Assembly (NCBI GenBank): GCA_900234795.1
Contig: LT962688.1
Span: forward strand, 4,020,001 to 4,052,000
Direction: 5' to 3'
DNA length: 32,000 nucleotides
Origin: Methylorubrum extorquens
GTDB lineage: Bacteria; Pseudomonadota; Alphaproteobacteria; Rhizobiales; Beijerinckiaceae
In this document: piece after piece, positions 1-7,697 of the stretch
Layout: every line of letters starts with the position of its first letter
Position numbering within the stretch: the first letter of the stretch is position 1
Notes under the pieces: model-generated
What the model was told of the DNA's origin: nothing
Database searches by the model: none
What the model saw: the letters and a program-made list of their open reading frames with translations, nothing else
Position numbers and translations under genes: made by a program

Positions 1-2
1 CT

Positions 3-992
3 TTTGATGCTGCCGGCAATGCCAGCGCTCCGGTCTCGTTCGACTTCGCCGTGACGACCCCGGTCGCGCCGGCCACGGCGAGCTTCGACTTCGCCCTGAG
101 CCAGGCCAGCCTGCGCCAGGCCCCGGGACACATCGCCCTGATCGGGCCGGACGGCCTGAGCCACGACGTCACCGCCGTCGAGACCTTCGTGTTCAGCGAT
201 GGCGTCGTCCGGCAGAAGGACGCCGCCCCGCTGGTCGACGACCTGTTCTACTACGCCGCCAACCCCGACGTCTGGCAGGCCCAGATCGATGCCGAGGCGC
301 ACTATGCCGCCTATGGCTGGCGCGAGGGCCGCGACCCGAACGCCGCCTTCTCGACCGGGGGCTATCTCGCCGCCAACCCGGAGGTGGCCGCGGCCGGCCT
401 CGACCCGCTGGTCCACTTCGCGCAAACGGGCTGGAAGGAGGGCCGCGATCCCGCCGCCGGCTTCGACGTCGAACGCTACCTCGCCCGCCATCCGGAGGCG
501 CGGGCGGCCGGCCTCGATCCGCTCAGCCACTACCTCGCCCAGGGCCGGGCCGAGGGTCACGTCGCCCACGCCGCGATCGGACGCCCGGCCGATCTGGCCG
601 AGCAGGGCGGCTTCGACGCGCAGGCCTATCTGCTGTCCAACCTCGACGTGGCCGAGGCGGCCCGGGCGGCCGGGGGCGACAGCTTCGCCTTCGCCCGGAC
701 GCACTACACGACCTATGGCTGGCAGGAGGGGCGCAACCCGAACGCGGTGTTCGACACCAAGGGCTATCTCGCCGCCTACGGCGACGTGGCAGCAGCCGGG
801 ATCGATCCGCTCGCCCACTATGTCCGGTACGGCGCGGCGGAGGGGCGCGATCCCTCCGCCGGCTTCGACGGCAAGGCCTACCTCGCCGCCAACAGTGACG
901 TGGCCGCGGCAGGGCTGAACCCGATGCTGCACTATCTCCAGTACGGCGCCGCCGAGGGCCGCAGCGCCTTCGCCGACGGGCACTTCGCCTGA
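3..992 (+). CDS. Large repeat protein, C-terminal part (5' end lies left of the window)
   Basis: Frame 3 is open from base 3 (FDAAGNASAPVSFDFAVTTP...) straight into tracked ORF 51..992, so the GTG at 51 is probably internal. GC3-rich codons. Stop TGA at 990-992. The C-terminal two thirds is built from repeated YLAANP(D/E)VAAAG(L/I)DPLxHYxxxGxxEGR(D/N)P modules. No product name recognised. Confidence 0.75.
   Translation, partial: FDAAGNASAPVSFDFAVTTPVAPATASFDFALSQASLRQAPGHIALIGPDGLSHDVTAVETFVFSDGVVRQKDAAPLVDDLFYYAANPDVWQAQIDAEAHYAAYGWREGRDPNAAFSTGGYLAANPEVAAAGLDPLVHFAQTGWKEGRDPAAGFDVERYLARHPEARAAGLDPLSHYLAQGRAEGHVAHAAIGRPADLAEQGGFDAQAYLLSNLDVAEAARAAGGDSFAFARTHYTTYGWQEGRNPNAVFDTKGYLAAYGDVAAAGIDPLAHYVRYGAAEGRDPSAGFDGKAYLAANSDVAAAGLNPMLHYLQYGAAEGRSAFADGHFA
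246..980 (+). repeat. Six tandem ~36-38-codon intragenic repeats (Y-x-A-A-N-P-D-V...D-P-L-x-H-Y-x-x-x-G-W-x-E-G-R-D-P-x-x-x-F-D)
   Basis: The EGR(D/N)P core recurs as GWREGRDP, GWKEGRDP, GRAEGH (degenerate), GWQEGRNP, GAAEGRDP and GAAEGRS, each preceded by (N/H)P(D/E)V...(D/N)P(L/M)xH(Y/F). Confidence 0.7.
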
Positions 993-1366
993 CGCCCGCT
1001 TCCCAGCGAGGCTGAAATCCCCGCTGGCAGGGGGCGGGCCGGCTGGCCTCTCGAGGCCATCCGATCCGCCTCCGTGCGATCCGCCCCCATGCCGATCCGT
1101 CTGCGCGCCGTGCCGCCGAGCGGCCGGATCATCGCCGTGCCCGATTGGAGACGGCGCCCGCCTGATGCCGTTCGCGCGTCAGCTTCGCCGCGAGGTCAGG
1201 CCCCTCGGTGGCGAACGCGACGCGTTGCGCCCAACCCACTTCTTGGCCCCGTTGGAGCCACGCGGTCCGCGCACCTCAATGCACTTGACGCGCTGCGGGT
1301 CGACAAGCGCCGGCCGTGGATCGAACCGACGCCCGCAGCGCCGCCGCTGGCCTTTTAAAGATTAAG

Positions 1367-1417
1367 TGGAGCGGGCAATCGGGATCGAACCGACGACATT
1401 CAGCTTGGGAAGCTGAA
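1367..1417 (-). tRNA. Orphan 3' portion of tRNA-Gly(CCC), anticodon arm through CCA; the 5' half is absent, so it is not a functional tRNA
   Basis: The minus strand reads TTCAGC-TTCCCAA-GCTGA ATGTC GTCGG-TTCGATC-CCGAT TGCCCGC T CCA. That gives a 5-bp anticodon stem, a 7-nt loop with anticodon CCC, a canonical T arm, the 3' acceptor strand and CCA. The sequence where the acceptor 5' strand (GCGGGCA) and D arm should lie (CTTAATGTGATGCGCAGAGAAATAC) cannot pair with the acceptor 3' strand. Confidence 0.7.
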
Positions 1418-1444
1418 GTATTTCTCTGCGCATCACATTAAGAA

Positions 1445-1934
1445 GTGTTTGCAGGTATGCAGCTAGACAGCCATAAGATCGACTACCCCCGCTCCTACTG
1501 CTCTCAGAATTCAAACGGCAAGGCCGATCAGCCCGCAGGCGCGACGTTGCGAAGTACCCTTCTCCTCGATGGCCCAGCTCACGGCTGTTCTGCGTGCGCC
1601 GCGCGCCAGAAGTTTTTTCCCAAAGCCTCGCGCAGCGTCGCCACGTCGAGCAACGCCTCGGCGGTGAGCTTCTTGAGCTTGCGGTTCTCCTCGTCGAGCG
1701 CCTTCAAGCGGCGCGCATCCGAGACCGCCATGCCGCCGAAGCGCGAGCGCTACGTGTAGAACGTCGCGTCGCTGATGCCGTGGCGACGGCAGACCTCAGC
1801 CACCAGAAGCCCAGCCTGCTGCTCCTTCAGGATGCCGACGATCTGCTCTTCGCTGAACCGGCTCTGCTTCATCGTCCGCCTCCTCATCGACGGACCCGAG
1901 CTTCAGAATGAGGGCGGACCAGGGGGTAAGGTCA
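1445..1934 (-). mobile_element. 5' remnant of an IS3-family (IS407-like) insertion sequence: left terminal repeat, orfA, slippery site and the first ~30 codons of orfB; the rest is deleted
   Basis: The minus strand starts TGACCTTACCCCCTGGTCCGCC at 1934 (TG...-type IS3/IS407-like end). orfA follows, then an A-AAA-AAC heptamer (T6 on plus strand at 1613-1618). The -1 frame continues LLARGARRTAVSWAIEEKGTSQRRACGLIGL, which looks like an OrfB N-terminus, and then similarity stops. The inner truncation point near 1445-1520 is uncertain. Confidence 0.8.
1579..1872 (-). pseudogene. IS3-family transposase OrfA (HTH subunit) inactivated by an in-frame TAG
   Basis: Minus-strand translation: MKQSRFSEEQIVGILKEQQAGLLVAEVCRRHGISDATFYT*RSRFGGMAVSDARRLKALDEENRKLKKLTAEALLDVATLREALGK... 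The stop (plus-strand CTA at 1750-1752) sits where this family has the conserved Trp of the FY-x-W-R motif, so it is probably TGG mutated to TAG. Confidence 0.8.
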
Positions 1935-2018
1935 GCCGACTTCGGGGTTTCCGGTCATGAACCGCGCTGCGATTGTATCGCCCTCTCTCGACACGCCCTA
2001 CGAGACAAGCCGAAGCCG

Positions 2019-3743
2019 CTACTCTGCCGCGATCGGTAGCAGCACAGGCTCATCCGGCGCTGCCTCGGATCGGCTCCGCCATCCTTGACGCGGCGGCGCC
2101 ACGGCCACTTGGTTCCGGCCGTTGTGCTTGGCCCGGTAAAGTGCCGTATCCGCAGCGCGTATCAGTTCGGCACTGGTGCCCGAGGTGCTCGGGACGGAGG
2201 CGACACCGAGTGAGGCAGAGACCTTTGCCCCATGCGTGCCGGATAGGCTCTCGATACGGCCTCGGATCTGCTCGGCCTTGGCTGCCGCGTCCTCGAGATC
2301 GCAATCGGGCAGAAACACGATCATCTCCTCGCCGCCATACCGACAGGCCACATCTGTCTCCCGCAAGGCGCCCACGATAGCGGCGGCGGCTTCGCACAGG
2401 ACCGCGTCGCCAGTCGCATGACCGTGCTCGTCGTTCAGTCGTTTGAAGTGGTCGAGATCGATCATGATGACAGAAACTTTCCGGCCTTCCCGTTCGGCGA
2501 GCCGAACGTAACGCTCAAGACTGTCCTCCATGTAACGACGATTGTAGAGCCCAGTCAGTGGATCGCGAAGGGCTTGGTTGCGCAGCTTCTCACGAAGAGC
2601 GATGTTTGAGAGCGCAAGTGACATCGCATCGCCGAGCGCGGAGCTGAGCGGCAGCATCGCGGCCAGGCGTGTCTCCGCGTCTGTCCCCTCCGCGAAGATC
2701 TGCAGGAGTCCGAGGTTTTCGCCGCGCGCCGCCATCGGGATCTCCAAGGCCGCCATGCCAGAGACATGGTGCTCGCAGCAGAGAGCTTTCGCCCCTCGAT
2801 GGTTGATGTGCGGCTTGCCGCGCTTCATCGCCCAGCACTGGCCGACCATGATGGCCTCCGGGAGGGACGCACTGTCACTGCATGCCCAAGAGGTGGAGAG
2901 CACCAGACGATCACGCGAGTTGTTGAACACGTAAAGGGCACCACCGAAGCCAGCGATGAGTTCTCCGGCGGTGGCTCTCAGAACCGCGTTAGCGTCGTGG
3001 TGATCCGCCGCGCTCTGCAGCATGTCGGTCATCCCGAACAAGTGGCCGACCTGCTTACGAGAGGCCTCCACCTGCGTAATGGCGGCCTGCCGCGCTTGAG
3101 CATCGCGTGCCGCAGACCGGAAGGCGAAAACCATCACCCCGCCGATCAGGAGTTGCGAGAGCAGAACGAAAAGCTTGCCGATCTCGATGCGGGTCTCGTG
3201 CACAGCGAAGTGCGCGTTCCAGTCGGTCAGGAACGCGTCGAAGGCACTTCGAATCCTACCGACCTGAGCAGCACTATGGCGCTCCCTGAGTAGCGCCTGC
3301 GCCTCGGTGAGACGTCCGGTCCGCGCGAGCTCGAGCACCTCGGTCCAACTCGCCTCAAGCGATTCGAGAATGCCTCCCGCCGTAGCATTGCCGTCCGATC
3401 TCCCAATGAAGGGGGTCAGCAGGGCGAGCTGCGCGGTACGCCGGCTGTGCAGCGCCTCGAGTGCGCGGTTGAATGCTCCGAACTGACCATCGCCCGTCCC
3501 CAGTGCCTTGTTCAGGACATAGGACTCCGCGTCCATCAGCGCTTCCTGCGCGATACGCATCTGACGTCCGCCCTCGCGCAGATCGATCAGTGCCTGCTGG
3601 TGCGCGTTAGTGAAGAAGAACCCCGACAGGGCCGTGGTCACCATCAGCGATACCAAGCCAATCTGAACGCTCAGGCGACGCTTTCCTGGACCGGTCGCTT
3701 GACGTTGATCGACCGCCCCGAGTTCCATCGCAACGAGAGACAT
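2019..3743 (-). CDS. Membrane-bound diguanylate cyclase: TM, periplasmic four-helix (CHASE3-like) region, TM, GAF, GGDEF
   Basis: 574 aa. Hydrophobic segments VQIGLVSLMVTTALSGFFF and LFVLLSQLLIGGVMVFAF flank ~150 helical residues. A GAF-like region follows. GGDEF-domain hallmarks are RDPLTGLYNRR, IDLDHFKRLND and RYGGEEMIVFL, with an RxxD I-site (RETD) five residues before GGEEM. Confidence 0.85.
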   Translation of the reverse strand: MSLVAMELGAVDQRQATGPGKRRLSVQIGLVSLMVTTALSGFFFTNAHQQALIDLREGGRQMRIAQEALMDAESYVLNKALGTGDGQFGAFNRALEALHSRRTAQLALLTPFIGRSDGNATAGGILESLEASWTEVLELARTGRLTEAQALLRERHSAAQVGRIRSAFDAFLTDWNAHFAVHETRIEIGKLFVLLSQLLIGGVMVFAFRSAARDAQARQAAITQVEASRKQVGHLFGMTDMLQSAADHHDANAVLRATAGELIAGFGGALYVFNNSRDRLVLSTSWACSDSASLPEAIMVGQCWAMKRGKPHINHRGAKALCCEHHVSGMAALEIPMAARGENLGLLQIFAEGTDAETRLAAMLPLSSALGDAMSLALSNIALREKLRNQALRDPLTGLYNRRYMEDSLERYVRLAEREGRKVSVIMIDLDHFKRLNDEHGHATGDAVLCEAAAAIVGALRETDVACRYGGEEMIVFLPDCDLEDAAAKAEQIRGRIESLSGTHGAKVSASLGVASVPSTSGTSAELIRAADTALYRAKHNGRNQVAVAPPRQGWRSRSEAAPDEPVLLPIAAE

Positions 3744-4404
3744 AGTTGTGTCCGGAATGTCGGTGACAGCGCGCCATCTGAGGCGAGCCTACTTAGCTCC
3801 TGTGTCTGCCTGACACGTGAATGAATATGGCTAACAGTGCGGTGGAGCCCTCCTCTAAAGTGTTACCAGCCACTCTCCCGGGCACTGAAAGCTCGGCATG
3901 AACACCAATGACGAAGCCGAAAAGATCCTTGGATGGAAGCACATTTTTCGAAGTTTGGCACAAACGATAACAACTAAGAAATTCAGCGGCAGTTTTGGAT
4001 GAGTGGGCAAGCGCTCTGCTTGTTATGTGGCAAAATTCCTCGGTTTATTCGCTAGTCCCCAGTCGGATGGTGTGAAGCGACGCTCCATCGTCGCCTCTCT
4101 CGACCAGAGATCGGGAAAGGCAGGCTGTGGAAGGCCACAGCTTTGACGAGCCCCCGGCACCTCCCGGCTCCTAAATCCAGTCGATTTCCTGATCGCATCG
4201 ATTGGAACTATGCGCTTATCGGATCGTGGCTCCGCCGGCATCTTGAGTGTGCGCCGGTCATGAGAACGTGCGCCGCGAGCCCCACATCGGGACGCGACCG
4301 AACCACGCCGCGTGTGCCGGAAGTGGCCAGCCATGCCTGCCTCCATCATCACCTCTGATCATCCTGCCCTTCAAGCTCAAGCCGTCCTGGCCGGGCGCAG
4401 ATGC

Positions 4405-5316
4405 ATGCCTCCCGCTGGGCTCGCGGTGCAGCCGCTGCGTAAGCGGAGCGGTTCTGTGCTCCTGCTTGGCGGCGCGATCCTGCTCTGGGGGGCGAACTGG
4501 CCGGTGATGAAGCTCGGCCTCGGCCATGTTTCGCCCCTTTGGTTCTCCGCTGCCCGGTTCGCCACGGGGGCCGCCTGCCTGTTCACTTGGCAGGCCCTGC
4601 GCGGCGAGGTGTGGTGGCCTCAGCGCAGGGACCTGCCTCGCGTCGCCTCCATCGGCTTGTTTCAGATGATGCTGTTCACGGCCCTCGGGACCGTGGCGAT
4701 GATGCATCTTCCGGCGGGGCGCTCGGCGATCTTGAGCTACACCACGCCCCTCTGGGTGCTCCCGGTCGCGGTCCTGGTGTTCGGCGAGCGGATCGAGCGT
4801 CGGCATTGGGCCGGTCTCGGCTTGGCTGGGCTCGGCGTTCTCGTCCTTCTCAATCCGCACGCGGTCGACTGGGGGGACGGTCAGGTCGTTGGCGCCAACG
4901 CCATGCTGGTGGCGGCCTCGCTCGCCTGGGCCGTGTGCATCCTGCACCTGCGCTACGGGCAAGCCTCGGCCTCGGCGATCCAGCTCGCGCCCTGGCAGAT
5001 GCTCCTCGCCGCGGCCACGCTGGCCCCGCTGGCCTATGCCGTCGAAGGTCCCTTCACGGGCGACGGCACGGCGGCCTTCTGGGCCTGCCTCGGCTTCGTG
5101 GGGCCCATCGCCACGGCCTTCTGCTTCTGCGCCGTCAACGCGGCGAGCGCCCGGCTGCCGGCCAGCACGACCGCGACCCTGATGATGGCGGTGCCGGTCA
5201 CCGGTCTCGCCCTCTCCACGGCAACCCTGCACGAAGACCCGAGCCTCGACCTGATCGTCGGAGCCCTCGCGATCGTGCTCGGCATCGCCGCGAGCGCGCA
5301 ACGATCCCGTCCCTGA
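4405..5316 (+). CDS. DMT-superfamily (EamA/RhaT-like) transporter
   Basis: Ten-TM-type hydrophobic profile. N-terminal LLLGGAILLWGANWPVMK is EamA-like, and there are two internally similar halves. Start is uncertain: the ORF is open from 4312, with in-frame ATGs at 4312, 4333 and 4405. I chose 4405 because it gives a family-typical ~303 aa. Confidence 0.75.
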   Translation: MPPAGLAVQPLRKRSGSVLLLGGAILLWGANWPVMKLGLGHVSPLWFSAARFATGAACLFTWQALRGEVWWPQRRDLPRVASIGLFQMMLFTALGTVAMMHLPAGRSAILSYTTPLWVLPVAVLVFGERIERRHWAGLGLAGLGVLVLLNPHAVDWGDGQVVGANAMLVAASLAWAVCILHLRYGQASASAIQLAPWQMLLAAATLAPLAYAVEGPFTGDGTAAFWACLGFVGPIATAFCFCAVNAASARLPASTTATLMMAVPVTGLALSTATLHEDPSLDLIVGALAIVLGIAASAQRSRP

Positions 5317-5343
5317 CACCCACACCGAACGAGGAGCATTCCC

Positions 5344-6362
5344 ATGAAGGCCGTCGGCTTCCACACCTCGCTGCCCATCGAGAACGAGGCGGCCCTGGTC
5401 GACTTCGACCTGCCGACCCCCGGTGCCCGGCCCCCGCGACCTGCTCGTCCGGGTTCAGGCGGTCTCGGTGAATCCGGTCGATACTAAGGTCCGCGCCCGG
5501 GTCACGCCGGCCGAGGGGCAGCCGCACATCCTCGGCTACGATGCGGTCGGCCTCGTCGAGGCGGTCGGCCCGGAGGTCCGGTTGTTCCGGCCGGGTGATG
5601 CGGTGTTCTATGCCGGGGCGCTTGGCCGGCCCGGCACCAATGCCGAACTGCACTGCGTCGACGAGCGCATCGTCGGCCACAAGCCCGCCGCGCTCTCGGC
5701 GGCGGAGGCTGCGGCCCTGCCGCTCACCGCGATCACCGCCTGGGAGGCGCTGTTCGACCGGCTCGACGTCGGCAAGCCGGTGCCGGGGGGCTGCCCGGTC
5801 GATCCTGATCATCGGTGGGGCGGGCGGCGTCGGCTCGATCGCGACGCAGCTCGCCCGCCAGCTCACGGACCTGACCGTGATCACCACCGCCTCGCGTCCC
5901 GAGACCGCCGCCTGGAGCCGCGATCTCGGCGCCCATCACGTCATCGACCACACCAAACCGTTGGCCGCCGAGGTCGCGGGGCTGGGCTTGGGCGCACCGG
6001 GCTTCGTGTTCTCGACCACCAGCACCGACCGGCATCTCACCGAGATCGCGGAACTGATCGCCCCGCAGGGCCGCTTCGCCCTGATCGACGATCCTGACAG
6101 CCTCGACGTCATGCCCTTCAAGCGCAAGAGCGTGTCGACCCACTGGGAGTTCATGTTCACCCGCTCGATGTTCTCGACCACCGACATGGAGGCGCAGGGC
6201 CAGCTCCTCGACGAGGTCGCGCGTCTCGTTGATGCGGGCCGGCTGAAGACCACCCTGGCCGAGCGTTTCGGACCGATCTCGGCCGCCAACCTGCGCCGTG
6301 CCCACGCCTTGATCGAGAGCGGACGGGCCAAGGGCAAGATCGTTCTGGAGGGCTGGGCATGA
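5344..6362 (+). pseudogene. Zinc-type alcohol dehydrogenase-like / quinone oxidoreductase (MDR family) interrupted by two +1 frameshifts
   Basis: The family sequence is spread over three frames. [26 protein letters not shown] is in frame 1 from 5344. [23 protein letters not shown]...[24 protein letters not shown] is in the frame of ORF 5423. [23 protein letters not shown]...GRAKGKIVLEGWA is in the frame of ORF 5541. The shifts fall at the CCCGGTG run (~5417-5423) and in the G6 run at 5785-5790. Confidence 0.8.
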
Positions 6363-6499
6363 GCGGACGATCGCCCTCGATGGCGTGATGGCGCCTGGCT
6401 GTACGATCAGCCCTGCTCGGGTCCGCTCACTCGCGTGCCGACCCGGCCCCTCGACGCGCCCGGAACCGCGCCCGAGACCCTGTCGGTCGCGGTGGAGCG

Positions 6500-6812
6500 C
6501 GTTGCCGTCACCCCGTCGGCCGGGAGCCACGGCGATCGCCGCCGACGGAACCCTCTTCGTCAGCGACACGGACACGCAACGCATCCTCCGGATCGCGCCG
6601 GACGGCACCGTCTCGAGCCTGATCGAGGACCCGCGCCTGCTCCGGGTCGACGCGATGTGGATCGATGCCACCGGACGGCTCTGGATGCCGGCAGCACAGA
6701 TCAATCGCCTTGCCCTGTTCCAGGGCGGCACGTCCCGCGCGCGTGCGATACCCGGTGGAAGTCTTCACCTTGCAGGTGGGCGCCGAGCCGCCCCCAACGA
6801 TCATCGCTGAGG
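6500..6812 (+). pseudogene. C-terminal remnant of a beta-propeller protein (SMP-30/gluconolactonase-like or MRJP/yellow-like), 5'-truncated and frameshifted
   Basis: ORF 6385..6810 contains AIAADGTLFVSDTDTQRILRIAPDGTVSSLIEDPRLLRVDAMWIDATGRLWMPAAQINRLALFQGG, a typical propeller-blade pattern. The expected C-terminus (RYPVEVFTLQVGAEP) appears only in another frame after ~6725. Upstream text is non-protein-like. Only ~100 of the ~350 expected residues remain. Confidence 0.45.
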
Positions 6813-6819
6813 AGGGATC

Positions 6820-7245
6820 ATGTCGGACTTGACGAAAACGGGGCGCTTCGACCTGAGGGCCATCGCGGCGGCGCTGCCCGCGACGGCGCAGACGCTGCTG
6901 GTCGACACCTACCTCACGGACCGCGAGGCGGCGAGCGCTCGGGTGTTCCGGGTCTATCGTCCCACGCCGCCGCACTACCATGCGACCTGCGACGAGTACC
7001 TCTACGTGTTGTCGGGGCGTGGAACGTTCTGGATGGAGGATGCGAGCCAGGAGGCGGCGTTCGGGCCGGGCGATCTCCTGTTCTTCGAACGGGGAACCGT
7101 TCATGCCCTGCCGACGATCACGCAGGAGCCAGTCGTCTTCCTCTCGGTCGACACGCCGCGACGCCCACCGACCGACATCGTCTTCGTCGATGCCGCGGAC
7201 GGGTCAACCGAGACCTTCATAGCCCGCAACGCGCCGAAGGGCTGA
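6820..7245 (+). CDS. Cupin-domain protein
   Basis: 141 aa. Strong SD (GAGGAGGGATC-ATG). Cupin motifs HYHATCDEYLYVLSGRG and GDLLFFERGTVHAL. Confidence 0.8.
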   Translation: MSDLTKTGRFDLRAIAAALPATAQTLLVDTYLTDREAASARVFRVYRPTPPHYHATCDEYLYVLSGRGTFWMEDASQEAAFGPGDLLFFERGTVHALPTITQEPVVFLSVDTPRRPPTDIVFVDAADGSTETFIARNAPKG

Positions 7246-7317
7246 GCGCGGCTCGGCCGGCACGGAACGCCGTGCCGCCCCGTGTCACGAAGGTTCGGCC
7301 AGCCTCAGAGCCGTCGG

Positions 7318-7614
7318 TCAGGCGATCTTGTGCAAGAGCTCGATCGCCAGTGGTTCGCCAAGAAGTTCGTCGAAGCGCGCGGCGAGCGCTCGGAAATTCG
7401 GGCCATCGGCATGGATATCAAGGGCGGCCTGGCTTTCCCAGACCTCGTACATCACGATCGTGCCCGGCCGCTCTCGGCTCTCGTGGGCCGTGTAAGCGAG
7501 GCAGCCGGGCTCCCCGCGCACGGCAGGCGTGATTGAAGTCATGGCCTGTGCCAGCGCCAACTCCTGTCCAACGCGGGGCACCAGGCGGGCGATCAGATGA
7601 ACGTGCTCGGACAT
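7318..7614 (-). CDS. Antibiotic-biosynthesis-monooxygenase (ABM) domain protein / putative quinol monooxygenase
   Basis: 98 aa, a size and pattern typical of the ferredoxin-like ABM fold: HLIARLVPRVGQE...PGCLAYTAHES...PGTIVMYEVWESQAALDIH. Confidence 0.75.
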   Translation of the reverse strand: MSEHVHLIARLVPRVGQELALAQAMTSITPAVRGEPGCLAYTAHESRERPGTIVMYEVWESQAALDIHADGPNFRALAARFDELLGEPLAIELLHKIA

Positions 7615-7697
7615 CGTTCTAAGTTCCCCGGTTCAATTTCTGCCCGGCCGTGATCCTACGGCGCGACGCGTATACGCGCCGGACGACTGCCAACCGC

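Noticed and set aside
1305-1345. A second T-loop-like sequence (GGTTCGATCC on the minus strand) that might be another tRNA
   Set aside because: The flanking bases cannot form a T stem (GTCGG versus CACGG), and there is no acceptor or anticodon arm. I kept it only as a 14-nt direct repeat, noted under the tRNA/IS finding.
932-1365. Small ORFs between the repeat-protein gene and the tRNA fragment (932..1132 minus, 1074..1358 plus, 1165..1365 plus), checked for integrase remnants
   Set aside because: All three minus-strand frames and the plus-strand ORFs gave Arg/Pro-rich text with no tyrosine-recombinase motifs. I treated the region as non-coding.
3956-3975. TGGCAC hexamer suggesting a sigma-54 promoter
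   Set aside because: No TTGC(A/T) element follows at the required 5-nt spacing (the sequence is TGGCAC-AAACG-ATAAC). A nearby GG/GC pair has 11-nt rather than 10-nt spacing.
4023-4352. 109-aa minus-strand ORF in the cyclase/transporter gap
   Set aside because: It has no SD or recognisable motif, mixed composition, and overlaps the likely transporter promoter and start region.
4258-5364. 368-aa minus-strand ORF, and ORFs 4539..5471 and 4889..5182, overlapping the DMT transporter gene
   Set aside because: Arg/Gly/Pro/Glu-rich composition is typical of out-of-frame or antisense reading of high-GC DNA. The plus-strand frame gives a coherent multi-TM transporter.
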